A stretch of 59,233 nucleotides of DNA from a virus (Duplodnaviria; Caudoviricetes). A program made the translations under genes and the position numbers. Shown here piece by piece: positions 17,881 to 26,696 of this stretch. The stretch is from IMG/VR virus record IMGVR_UViG_3300021197_001657, positions 1 to 59,233 of that record. One strand, 5' to 3'. The notes below the pieces were generated by a model. It was given only the letters and a program-made list of their open reading frames with translations. It was not told the DNA's origin and ran no database searches. How positions within the stretch are numbered: position 1 is the first letter of the stretch; the number at the start of each line of letters is the position of its first letter.

Positions 17881-18012
17881 ATGGAATCCAAAGGACACAA
17901 ATATAACAAATTCCTCAGACGTTTTCGTCAGAAGATGAAACCGTCTTTCAAAGTCTATGGCAAAAAAGACCGTAGACAAAACCGCAACGCTCACAAAGGA
18001 GACGACCTATGA
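17881..18012 (+). CDS. Small basic protein (43 aa)
   Basis: MESKGHKYNKFLRRFRQKMKPSFKVYGKKDRRQNRNAHKGDDL; AGGAGAC RBS; ATGA overlap. Confidence 0.55.
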   Translation: MESKGHKYNKFLRRFRQKMKPSFKVYGKKDRRQNRNAHKGDDL

Positions 18013-18452
18013 GCAATAAAAATACCCCTGCATGGATCAAGAACGGTTGGAAGAAGCCTGGGCCAAAACAACCTCATTCAGCGAATTACGTCAAGGCAGG
18101 AGATGCTCGACGAATCGCTAATGGGAAGAAACAGGCAGGTCAATGGGTTCGTCCGACTGTCGGGCCCTCAACCAAACCGTTGAGCCGTGTCCTCTTCACC
18201 GATGAGAGTGGATCAAATATCCATCTCCATGCAGGAGACGAGGCCCGTGGAACGGTTTGTGATCGGTTTCTTCGTGCTCACCGAGCGACAAAGCAGAATA
18301 AAATTCTGTTCGATGAGCCACAACAGGCTCGGATGGTGATACAGAAGAATCCAGAGAATTTTCCTTTAAAATCGTTAAAACGCATCGCTTCCATCTTGGA
18401 GTCTCGTATCCGCTCAATCGAAATTAAAAAGCTCACTGAAAGGAATAGGTAA
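18009..18452 (+). CDS. Hypothetical basic protein
   Basis: 147-aa ORF with AGGAGAC RBS. Confidence 0.55.
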   Translation: MSNKNTPAWIKNGWKKPGPKQPHSANYVKAGDARRIANGKKQAGQWVRPTVGPSTKPLSRVLFTDESGSNIHLHAGDEARGTVCDRFLRAHRATKQNKILFDEPQQARMVIQKNPENFPLKSLKRIASILESRIRSIEIKKLTERNR

Positions 18453-18454
18453 CC

Positions 18455-19171
18455 ATGGAATCAGTCGCCCTCTATATAAGAACCAGTTCCCTCGCTAACG
18501 TAGAGGGTGACTCTCATGCCAGACAAGAAATAGCCTGCCGTGAGTATGCCAAAAACCATAAACTCAAACCCGTCTTGATGGGCATCGATGATGGTGTTTC
18601 TGGTGGTGACCACATTCATACCAGGAAAGGATTGATGGACCTAATCGGTGCCTGTCAGGAACGTGGTATTATCAAAATTTTATGCGAGGACGTTAGTCGG
18701 TTTTCTCGTGACATGATGGTACAAGAGACCGCCTACCGTTCCCTCATAGACAAGGGAATTCAGGTGATACCAGTCAAAACCCCTGAGCTTTTTTCAATAG
18801 AAGCAGACCCATCCAGAACCTTGATAAGGCAAGTCATGGGTGCATTCTTTGAATTTGAAAAGAACTCATTGGTGGCGAAACTGCGTGGAGCCAGGGAACG
18901 CATCCGACAATCAGGCCGGAAGTGTGAGGGGCGAAAAAGTTTAGTCGAGCGTTACGGTACTGAGCTATCGGATAAGATCAGGGTACTAAACCGCAAAGGA
19001 TTAAGCCTTCGTCAAATCAGTAAACAGTTGTTCAAGGAAGGTGTTGAGACCGAATACGGCAATCCTCTTCAACCGACTCAGATCAACAATATTTTAAAAT
19101 CCAATGCAAGATCCGTTAAGGTTCAAAGATCTTCCAGAGGAGACACAAATTCATCTAAAGGAGATAGCTGA
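18455..19171 (+). CDS. Serine recombinase (resolvase/invertase-type catalytic domain plus C-terminal HTH)
   Basis: YIRTSS catalytic Ser; DDGVSG; EDVSRFSRD; LSLRQISKQL HTH. Confidence 0.85.
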   Translation: MESVALYIRTSSLANVEGDSHARQEIACREYAKNHKLKPVLMGIDDGVSGGDHIHTRKGLMDLIGACQERGIIKILCEDVSRFSRDMMVQETAYRSLIDKGIQVIPVKTPELFSIEADPSRTLIRQVMGAFFEFEKNSLVAKLRGARERIRQSGRKCEGRKSLVERYGTELSDKIRVLNRKGLSLRQISKQLFKEGVETEYGNPLQPTQINNILKSNARSVKVQRSSRGDTNSSKGDS

Positions 19172-19505
19172 AGATACACGACTTTGGAGCCACGAGCGTT
19201 CACCAATCGGTCAAGCGATAGATTTTATCGACGACAGGGTTGAGGAAGCCTCTGGTAGAATTGAAATCTCCCTGTGGAGACAACTGGTTCTTCTACTCTA
19301 CAATACGATCTTCCATGAAGATGGTCATGTAGTCAGAGAATCATGGCTTGCCATCGGTGAGGTTAGGCAAGCAATAAGACAGGCGATGATCCTGAACCCA
19401 ATGGTGGGAGCAGGGGCGGAGAGTGAAATTTATCTGGCTCAGTTCGCTGAGCACATGGACTACATTCTCTTCCAGTTATCACCCGATCCAAAAACACTTT
19501 CATAA
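19104..19505 (+). CDS. Hypothetical protein
   Basis: 133-aa ORF in operon. Confidence 0.55.
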   Translation: MQDPLRFKDLPEETQIHLKEIAEDTRLWSHERSPIGQAIDFIDDRVEEASGRIEISLWRQLVLLLYNTIFHEDGHVVRESWLAIGEVRQAIRQAMILNPMVGAGAESEIYLAQFAEHMDYILFQLSPDPKTLS

Positions 19506-19511
19506 AATGCT

Positions 19512-20330
19512 ATGCAAGTAATGAAACACTGTGGAGCCACTACGGTTCCGAGAATACAATTAGACAGGACCCCCACAGTCCCTGTGACTCAATCACACAA
19601 CCCTTACAACCATTCTGTTCTTCCCAACATGGTTCAGCAGAAACTGAAGGAGTTCGGTTGGCTCGTGAGTGACTTCGATGCGGGAGTTTCTCACGCAGGG
19701 AAGCGAGCGTTCTGGCTCATGGACATAGTGTCCGATGGGACCGTGGCGAACCGTTCTGGTTTGAAAACCAGAAACGACATGTATGCCCTCTCAATCGGGG
19801 GCAGATCATGCTGGGACAAGACCTTCGCCAGCGGTATAGCAGGGGGAGACCACACCTTTGTGTGTGACAATCTCATGCTCGTTGGTGAGTTCAAGCTCAA
19901 CCGCAAGCACACGACTCACAATCTCAGGGATCTCCCTGGAATGGTCCACGATGTTATCTCTCAACTTTCCAGCAAATTTCACCTCTTGATTGAGCGAAAC
20001 AATGCCTACATGGAGAGGAGAATCTCAATTGTAGAGGCAGAGAACATAATATTCGATGCCTTCGACCGTGGAGCCGTGACAAAATCAAAGGTTACCGATG
20101 TTCGGAAGCAGTTCATTTCACCCAAGCACAAGGACTTTGAACTTGAAAACGGTAACTGGGGCGACATTTGGAAGCTCAAACAGGCTTTCACCGAGGTTAA
20201 TAAAGGGGCGGTCTACGGTGACCAGCTAAAGCGTGGAGAAGTCTTGACTGACTTACTCGACATGGAAGCAGGAGTCCATGGAGCCTACTCCCAGGAAGAA
20301 CTGGCAATCGGCTCCGAGTTCGTCACTTGA
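19512..20330 (+). CDS. DUF932-like protein
   Basis: FVCDNL, RKHT and IWKLKQAFTE motifs. Confidence 0.7.
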   Translation: MQVMKHCGATTVPRIQLDRTPTVPVTQSHNPYNHSVLPNMVQQKLKEFGWLVSDFDAGVSHAGKRAFWLMDIVSDGTVANRSGLKTRNDMYALSIGGRSCWDKTFASGIAGGDHTFVCDNLMLVGEFKLNRKHTTHNLRDLPGMVHDVISQLSSKFHLLIERNNAYMERRISIVEAENIIFDAFDRGAVTKSKVTDVRKQFISPKHKDFELENGNWGDIWKLKQAFTEVNKGAVYGDQLKRGEVLTDLLDMEAGVHGAYSQEELAIGSEFVT

Positions 20331-20500
20331 CCGACAGTAAACCCGACAAGATTCCAGCGACTTGCACCCACTGTGGTACGAGTCGCAACTTTTTGTCTTG
20401 GACGAGACCAGTTCCAGATCAGCATGTGTTTTGTTTTGAATGCCACCAGGAATTTTTTTATGTGGCAGAGTCAAAAGAGAGAGACTCTACTCAAACCTGA
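20327..20500 (+). CDS. Small zinc-ribbon protein (57 aa, not in ORF track)
   Basis: TTG start overlapping upstream TGA; CTHC..CFEC. Confidence 0.5.
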   Translation: MTDSKPDKIPATCTHCGTSRNFLSWTRPVPDQHVFCFECHQEFFYVAESKERDSTQT

Positions 20501-20765
20501 GTAAAAGTTGAGTAGTTTACTCAACCCAAAAACCGTGGAGTCTCCTCTCTCTATCTATCTATTATTATTATATATTATTATTATTATTATTATATATATA
20601 TTAAGATTAAGTACAGGGTTGAGCGTTTGAGTACCCCTAGCCTCTCGTGGGGAGATATGACCATATCAACGTATGAGAGAGAGAGACGGCACTCAACCAC
20701 TCAACCCACTCAACCCAATGATTTCATTGGTGAATTTACTCAACCCTCTACTCAACCCTTGAGTC
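20476..20765. repeat. Iteron-like ACTCAACC repeats around an AT-rich tract; putative replication origin
   Basis: About 11 full or partial copies in both orientations; (TAT)n tract near 20560-20605; nested inverted repeats. Confidence 0.65.
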
Positions 20766-20821
20766 ATGCTTTTATCGGAAAAATACTTTTCCTGAAATCA
20801 ACCTCTAACAACGTAAATAAA

Positions 20822-20959
20822 ATGGGAATCACAAACTTCGACATGAAAAATCAGGCCGTCCAATCCCGCATTGCTAAGGCCTTGGAGCGGATAGCGGATG
20901 CGATGGAAAAAGAAAATGAAAAAAAGACTTGCAATACTTCAACTGATAAGTCAGCATAA
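20822..20959 (+). CDS. Small coiled-coil protein (45 aa)
   Basis: MGITNFDMKNQ..IAKALERIADAMEK; the upstream extension in the ORF track only translates the repeats. Confidence 0.45.
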   Translation: MGITNFDMKNQAVQSRIAKALERIADAMEKENEKKTCNTSTDKSA

Positions 20960-20983
20960 AGACTCAAAATCACGGAGACAAAT

Positions 20984-21526
20984 ATGAATATCTTTTTCTT
21001 GGACCTCGATCCAGAGGTATCAGCACGTTACCATTGCGACAAGCATACGTGTAAGATGATCATCGAGTATGCTCAGCTTATGTCAACGGCTCACAGGGTT
21101 CTCGATGAAAACGACTGTGACCCCGACCTTTACAAGATCGCTCACCTCAATCATCCCAGTAATATCTGGGCTCGTGAGTACATCACCCACTACCAGTACC
21201 TCTATGAGTTATGGGCTAATTTGTGTGAGGAGTATACCGTTAGATATGGTAAGACTCATGCGACATGGAGCAAACTCAACCATATACTCAAGCACCCACC
21301 TAAAAATATTCCAGTAAAATACTTCCGGGTTTTGCCTTGGTCCGGACTGGCTACCAATCCGCCTCAATGTATGCCGGATGAATATAAGGGCGACGATACC
21401 GTTCAGGCATACCGTAACTACTATCTCGGAGACAAGGCAAGGTTCGCAAAGTGGTCTAAGACCTCGACTCCAGACTGGTGGATTCACGTGGGACATGAGA
21501 CTCAGACGGGGGTTTATGACCATTAA
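20984..21526 (+). CDS. Pyrimidine-dimer DNA glycosylase / endonuclease V family protein
   Basis: MNIFFLD..HCDKH..KMIIEYAQL..HLNHPS.IW..PQCMP..AYRNYY. Confidence 0.85.
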   Translation: MNIFFLDLDPEVSARYHCDKHTCKMIIEYAQLMSTAHRVLDENDCDPDLYKIAHLNHPSNIWAREYITHYQYLYELWANLCEEYTVRYGKTHATWSKLNHILKHPPKNIPVKYFRVLPWSGLATNPPQCMPDEYKGDDTVQAYRNYYLGDKARFAKWSKTSTPDWWIHVGHETQTGVYDH

Positions 21527-21893
21527 AAAAACTTTGATTATCGGCTTGCTTTTAATTGCGAGTTCAAAGATAATCTGGGCCCATCCTGATGGTGCCACTC
21601 CTTTCTGGTATTCCTCATCGTTTATATTTGGATTTGTCGGGAGTTGTGCAGGGACCTTGGAGCGTGAGGGATCACCGATTACGAGACAACTATGGCCTGA
21701 AGAAATTCAAAGCGTTTGCAGTTGTGTTGTGGATAGTTTAAGGCACTCTTTGACCTATCAAGAATCGATTGAAGAGAACAAGGTGGCGATGCAGTTAATT
21801 GTGAATGCTACGATGCCAGTTTGTATCGAAGAACAAATTTTAAGAAAAGGAGACGAAAGTGTACGAGTTCAACCAGACGGTTCCTCTGACTGA
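21516..21893 (+). CDS. Secreted four-Cys protein
   Basis: Likely start ATG 21516; signal peptide MTIKKTLIIGLLLIA; C..CSC..C. Confidence 0.6.
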   Translation: MTIKKTLIIGLLLIASSKIIWAHPDGATPFWYSSSFIFGFVGSCAGTLEREGSPITRQLWPEEIQSVCSCVVDSLRHSLTYQESIEENKVAMQLIVNATMPVCIEEQILRKGDESVRVQPDGSSD

Positions 21894-22158
21894 AAGAGAA
21901 AGAAAAGTATTAAGACTACGATTTGCCATTGATCAACCGAATGTACGCGATTCTGTAGCCAAGGAGTCCTATGATGTTATCGGTGCAGAAATTGGTGTAT
22001 CTCGTGAGCGTGTCAGGCAGATCCAACATGAGGCCCTAGCCAAACTGGGGATAAAGAAGCCAGAGGTATGGCCGACTTGGAGCGAGATGAGAACATCGGT
22101 CATGCTTGCAAAAACAGAACTTGAATATGAAATAGAGAATGAAATACGGAAACTATAA
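21859..22158 (+). CDS. Stand-alone sigma-70 region 4 HTH protein
   Basis: LTERERKVLRLRF..IGAEIGVSRERVRQIQHEALAKL. Confidence 0.8.
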   Translation: MYEFNQTVPLTERERKVLRLRFAIDQPNVRDSVAKESYDVIGAEIGVSRERVRQIQHEALAKLGIKKPEVWPTWSEMRTSVMLAKTELEYEIENEIRKL

Positions 22159-22552
22159 GGGGATCTGTAAGGCCTGTAATATATTTCATATTGATATCGA
22201 CTGTCCCAAGGGTGGTGAGAAGGTTGGTGAAGAGGGACGGCTGATTAGTGGAGTAGAAGTGATTGGCGACAGAGGGGATGCCGAGGGCCCTCAACATGAT
22301 GAATCTGGACCAAAGAAAACCATGATGGAAAGAGATGTTCTTTTAGATGTAGGAACTGTCACCCTCTGGGAAGTATCTGGAGAGAAGGATAAAAAGACTA
22401 AGGAGTACAAGAAGTTTGAAATGTGTCAGTTTCATTCTCACTGTATCCACTACGGTCTGCTCCAAGATATCGGCATGGCCTTTTTAGAAGAGGCTGAACG
22501 GATGGGTGTAGTTACACAGGTCGAGTACAATTTTACGACCTCGGAATTTTAA
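22139..22552 (+). CDS. Hypothetical protein
   Basis: 137 aa; N-terminal CxxC-H-C. Confidence 0.5.
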   Translation: MKYGNYKGICKACNIFHIDIDCPKGGEKVGEEGRLISGVEVIGDRGDAEGPQHDESGPKKTMMERDVLLDVGTVTLWEVSGEKDKKTKEYKKFEMCQFHSHCIHYGLLQDIGMAFLEEAERMGVVTQVEYNFTTSEF

Positions 22553-22600
22553 TCAACAGGGAGAGCATTCCTTACTCTCCCCACTTAACCATAGGAGACT

Positions 22601-22801
22601 ATGACTGCGGATGAACGTCGGAGACGAGCGGTGGCTCGCATCTCTAAAAATATAGAGGTCTATGAAGCCGTTCTTGACGACCATAAACATGGCTCGGTGA
22701 AGCTCGACAAGAAAGACCTCGCTAAATATCGCAAGAAACTGGAGGCACACAAGCTGACGGTGGAGCGAACCAATGCTAAAATGCGAAAGGGGGTAGCGTG
22801 A
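22601..22801 (+). CDS. Small basic coiled-coil protein
   Basis: AGGAGAC RBS. Confidence 0.55.
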   Translation: MTADERRRRAVARISKNIEVYEAVLDDHKHGSVKLDKKDLAKYRKKLEAHKLTVERTNAKMRKGVA

Positions 22802-23265
22802 GGACAAGAGAATGGGCGAGAGCCACATCAGCGGATGAATTTCCGTATGTATATAGGGCACAATTCCATGCGGAAGCGGTGCTAGATTGCAAGGAACCGA
22901 ACTCAAACCTTACTGGTTTGACCTACTCAGGTCGAAGGGGTGCCTTTGTCTTCGACTTTATTAGTCCACGAGACAACCATGTTACCGTCACATTCCTGAC
23001 TGAAAAGCCAAACAACAGGGGAAGAATTCATTTTGTCAGAGTAAAATCCGGCAAAAGAAACATCCTCGTTGATGTCCAACCAGTGATAATGGTTAAACCA
23101 GTTAAAGAGGGGAGTGAATACCGTGAAGTATCTGTGGACTACTACAGAGTTATGGACTTTTACAAGGAAGTTGGCGACAAAAACCCCGATGTAACTCGGA
23201 TTTGGAACATGCACCCATTTAATATGTTGGAACAATGGAAAAGACTAGCGCAGATATCGGTCTAA
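22798..23265 (+). CDS. Hypothetical protein
   Basis: GTGA-coupled start; in operon. Confidence 0.5.
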   Translation: MRTREWARATSADEFPYVYRAQFHAEAVLDCKEPNSNLTGLTYSGRRGAFVFDFISPRDNHVTVTFLTEKPNNRGRIHFVRVKSGKRNILVDVQPVIMVKPVKEGSEYREVSVDYYRVMDFYKEVGDKNPDVTRIWNMHPFNMLEQWKRLAQISV

Positions 23266-24041
23266 GTTATTCTAGGGCGAATGAGCACTGTGGCAAGAGG
23301 ATATACTTCAACGATGTATTGAAGATGCCTCGTAGTTACAATTATTATTCTGCTTCGGGAACGCTGATGGAAGAGATGGTTGCCAGTCAACTCCGTCCAA
23401 TGATAGATGGAAGTCCCCTCGTCCCGATGAAACAAGCTGGTTTGAAGGCCATTGATGAGATGATCTCGATGTTGCCTGAAGACGACTTGAAGAAGGTCAT
23501 GGATGAGCTCGATGCATCGGTGACAGGGGCGGAGTATTACATGAAGACGGTTGACTATCAGCCTTTAGTATTGCAACAAAAGGGGAACCTTAGATTTGCA
23601 TCCATGGCGAGGCCAACTAGACTTGTGATTGATTTGCTTGCAAATCGTGATGGAGAAGATATAGTGGTTGACTTTAAGCGCAAGCCAAAGAAGCTCAGCG
23701 ACTATAAGATATCTCAGCAGGATTGGAAACATCAACTTGCCCTCTATGCCGTGTGGTTTATGAGGACGAGATTGACTAGGGAGATACCGAGGTGTGAGAT
23801 CCATGTGTTGTTGCCTGGGTCGGCACCTCAAATTGTACCGATCAACGTAAATGCTGAGGATATTTTTCACACGGTCAATAGGCTTCAAGATTTGTCTTGG
23901 AGGCTCGATCATTCTTATTTTCCATTGAACCGTTCTCACCCCCTGTGTAGTCCAAAGTGGTGTAATTTTTATGTACGTTGTCACCATGATTACTTCACTG
24001 GGCCAGAGGCCATTCTCGATCAGATAACCGATGTCAGATGA
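23235..24041 (+). CDS. PD-(D/E)XK exonuclease (Cas4/RecB-like)
   Basis: LSYS..C; IDL..IVVDFK; QLALY; C-terminal CxxxWC..C. Confidence 0.8.
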   Translation: MEKTSADIGLSYSRANEHCGKRIYFNDVLKMPRSYNYYSASGTLMEEMVASQLRPMIDGSPLVPMKQAGLKAIDEMISMLPEDDLKKVMDELDASVTGAEYYMKTVDYQPLVLQQKGNLRFASMARPTRLVIDLLANRDGEDIVVDFKRKPKKLSDYKISQQDWKHQLALYAVWFMRTRLTREIPRCEIHVLLPGSAPQIVPINVNAEDIFHTVNRLQDLSWRLDHSYFPLNRSHPLCSPKWCNFYVRCHHDYFTGPEAILDQITDVR

Positions 24042-24324
24042 AACTGATTCTCTAAAGAGACAACGTATTCAGGATATGTACCCTGACACGGAGCTTATTT
24101 TTTTTGATCGGATTGACGATGCGATGGTTGGTGTCGTCACACAGTTTGGTGCTGAGCCGAAGGTTTGCTATGACTATCACAGGTGTATAGCGATCTTAAT
24201 GGGTAAAGGTATGACCCACGAGGAAGCCCTGGATTGGTTTCATTATAATACGATAGGTTCCTACGTTGGTCCATGTACTCCTGTTTTCCTTGAAAAAGAA
24301 GGTACTGAATGGATGAACTACTGA
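24031..24324 (+). CDS. Conserved phage hypothetical protein
   Basis: DDAMVGV..YD..C..MTHEEALDWFHYN..GSYVG..TP. Confidence 0.65.
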   Translation: MSDETDSLKRQRIQDMYPDTELIFFDRIDDAMVGVVTQFGAEPKVCYDYHRCIAILMGKGMTHEEALDWFHYNTIGSYVGPCTPVFLEKEGTEWMNY

Positions 24325-24479
24325 ATGATTTAAAAGTAGTAAGGTCTTATTTGAAGATGGCTGAATCTGATCTTGAAAGAGACAAAATTAGACAAAGTTC
24401 GGAGTGGGTCCGTAATGCCTTGGAGTCGGTTGATCAAATCATAAGGAATTATGAGAGACCAAGACAAGGGTCTATATAG
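24309..24479 (+). CDS. Hypothetical protein (56 aa)
   Basis: Manual translation MDELLNDLKVVRSYLKMAE...; fills the operon gap. Confidence 0.45.
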   Translation: MDELLNDLKVVRSYLKMAESDLERDKIRQSSEWVRNALESVDQIIRNYERPRQGSI

Positions 24480-24801
24480 TCGAGCCTACTGGGGCAACAA
24501 GACTGTTGACTCAAGGCTCAGGGACAGAAAGATCATGACTAGGTTCGTTGAACTGGGGTATGAGCGTGACGAAAGTAACGACAACTTCTGGTGCTTTGAC
24601 GGAGACCATGGTTACGGCACGGTCTGGTGGCTATCAAACAATCACAAGAGGGCAGACCACCTCTGGTGCATGACATGTAATAAACGCTGGTATCTGAATG
24701 ATATAGATGCAGGTATCAAGCGTTGGAAAAAACGCTCGAAGGTTATTCAAATGAAGGGCTGGGGAAGCGTTAATCTCAATGATCTTCTAATAGGAGACTA
24801 A
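24451..24801 (+). CDS. Hypothetical protein, possibly Zn-binding
   Basis: C..H..CMTC. Confidence 0.5.
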   Translation: MRDQDKGLYSRAYWGNKTVDSRLRDRKIMTRFVELGYERDESNDNFWCFDGDHGYGTVWWLSNNHKRADHLWCMTCNKRWYLNDIDAGIKRWKKRSKVIQMKGWGSVNLNDLLIGD

Positions 24802-24803
24802 TT

Positions 24804-25649
24804 ATGTTAGACGGTGTAAGAACCAAGGCTAAGGACAGGCCTGGAAAAACTGTCCTCTTTGGGGAGCCGGGATCTGGTAAGACCACGACTGCTTGCTCCC
24901 TTTCCAAGTCTGTGCTGATTAACACGGACAATGGAGCGGAAGAGGTCCTCGCAAAGGATGAGGATCTCTGGTGCTTCGATGCTATTCCTGCGGAGCCGAG
25001 TAACACGGACAAGGAACCACACAAACCCAACTCTGACAAGTGGGACTCGATTATGGGCTTTATGAGAAAGCTCTATACCGAGGAGCATGATCGGAAATAT
25101 TTGATTCTAGATGCTGCGGATGCGGCTGAGAGGCTCGCTATTTCTAGTGTTTGTCACGAGCACAAGGAGTGGATTCTTGAGACGGTTGGTGGGGGCTACG
25201 GCAAAGGAACTTCCTACCTGCGTGGTCGCATGTTTGCTTTGTGGAGTGCAATCACTGCCTTATCTGAGCACAAGGGAATCACTCCCATCATAGTTTGTCA
25301 CTCTAAGATTGTTAGGATTGACAAGCCCCACCTTGAGCCCTATGATTCCAACTCGTTGAAGTTGAATAAACAGGTGTCTGCTGACTTGAATGAGTGGGCA
25401 GATGCGGTGTTGTTTTTAGCTCCGTTCACCAAGGTGGTGACGAGGACTGGAGACTTCGGCAAGACCGACAATCGTGGGATCAAGACCAATGATCGGGTTA
25501 TCTACACTTCTGCAACCATGGGGGTTGAGTGTAAGAACCGATACAGCCTTCCGTCGGAAATTCGTCCGGCTGACATGGGGACGTACTTCAAGCTAGTCAA
25601 GGAGTCACGTAACCAGAATAAAAAACCTGCCATAAAGGAGACTAAATGA
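24804..25649 (+). CDS. Sak4-like AAA_24 ATPase / recombinase
   Basis: GEPGSGKTT Walker A; GGGYGKG; EWADAVLF; CKNR; adjacent SSB and exonuclease. Confidence 0.8.
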   Translation: MLDGVRTKAKDRPGKTVLFGEPGSGKTTTACSLSKSVLINTDNGAEEVLAKDEDLWCFDAIPAEPSNTDKEPHKPNSDKWDSIMGFMRKLYTEEHDRKYLILDAADAAERLAISSVCHEHKEWILETVGGGYGKGTSYLRGRMFALWSAITALSEHKGITPIIVCHSKIVRIDKPHLEPYDSNSLKLNKQVSADLNEWADAVLFLAPFTKVVTRTGDFGKTDNRGIKTNDRVIYTSATMGVECKNRYSLPSEIRPADMGTYFKLVKESRNQNKKPAIKETK

Positions 25650-26149
25650 GCAGTTATGGAGCCCAAGAGGGTGTTTTAGAGAGCAACACTGCGTTTCTTA
25701 TTGACAATGTGGATGACGAGGTTTCGCAGTCTGGTGGAACCAGGGAGCGGAGAAAGGTTCCGCCTGGACAGTACGATGTTCAGGTTCAGTTGGTGAGACC
25801 CAATGTCTATACGGACAAGAAGGGCTTTAAACAGCAAATGCTACCGTTGGAAATTTCTGATGGTGAGTATCAAGGGGACTGGATCAGTCTCTACCTCTGG
25901 TTGAACAACCAGGATTCTGCGGATGGTAAGACCCGCGATGGAGTGAGCCGTAGCAAGGTTGCTATGATTGCAAAGGCTCTTGGAATAACCAAGATGACCG
26001 ACTTCCATGATATCGCTGGCAAGTTTGTCAGTGTGAAGTATGGGCCGAATGCTAGGGGGTATAACGAGATCCTGGAAGTTACCCCTCTGGGTGTAATGAG
26101 TGTAGAACCAGTAGATACTCCGAAGTCGGGTGACGATATCCCCTTCTGA
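25646..26149 (+). CDS. DUF669-like single-stranded DNA-binding protein
   Basis: VPPGQY..; acidic C-terminus DDIPF; follows Sak4. Confidence 0.75.
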   Translation: MSSYGAQEGVLESNTAFLIDNVDDEVSQSGGTRERRKVPPGQYDVQVQLVRPNVYTDKKGFKQQMLPLEISDGEYQGDWISLYLWLNNQDSADGKTRDGVSRSKVAMIAKALGITKMTDFHDIAGKFVSVKYGPNARGYNEILEVTPLGVMSVEPVDTPKSGDDIPF

Positions 26150-26696
26150 TTTAACCTCTCACTGTACTATGAAGGGTGCTGTGTGTGAACGACTGGTCGA
26201 GGCCGAGTTCGCAAGGTATGGATACAGCACCTTCATTCCACCGTGGGGACAGCAACCTATACAGGATCTGGTTGCTATCCGTGGAAACGATGTCCGTCTG
26301 GTGCAGGTTAAGAAAGCTAGGTCAAAGAAAGACAGTAAGAGGGGAAAAGCTAGGCCTTTTACTGGCATCAAAAGACCTGGATCAATCGTTGTTTCTTTTC
26401 AAGGTGGTGGCTTATCCAAAACTCGTAATCAAAAATATAGCAAGAAAATTTATGAGCGTAACAAAAATAATTTTGCTAAACATGTGGGTGAGTTCAATAC
26501 TCTGGCGATTGTTTGGGGAGAAGATATAGCCCTCTTAACGGATTACTCTCTTTGGGAAAATGGATCTTTATACCTTTCGATTGACCCAAAGTTGTGTAAG
26601 AGTCTTCCCTTTTATGACTATGTAAAACCAAAATGGCTAACTGGTGAGGATCAAACTCCCGTGGCCACCGAGTCTAAACTCTCAGTGGCGGTCTGA
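26130..26696 (+). CDS. PD-(D/E)XK endonuclease (homing-endonuclease-like)
   Basis: KGAVCE..DLVA..LVQVK; true start may be ATG near 26169. Confidence 0.65.
   Translation: MTISPSDLTSHCTMKGAVCERLVEAEFARYGYSTFIPPWGQQPIQDLVAIRGNDVRLVQVKKARSKKDSKRGKARPFTGIKRPGSIVVSFQGGGLSKTRNQKYSKKIYERNKNNFAKHVGEFNTLAIVWGEDIALLTDYSLWENGSLYLSIDPKLCKSLPFYDYVKPKWLTGEDQTPVATESKLSVAV

Noticed and set aside
20476-20765. CRISPR or mini-CRISPR array, given the Cas4-like nuclease at 23235
   Set aside because: Repeats are only 8-9 bp, irregularly spaced and in both orientations; the nuclease sits in a normal Sak4/SSB recombination module
20627-20821. N-terminal part of the 110-aa ORF 20627-20959
   Set aside because: Its TQP repeats are just the translated iterons; a start at 20822 is more plausible
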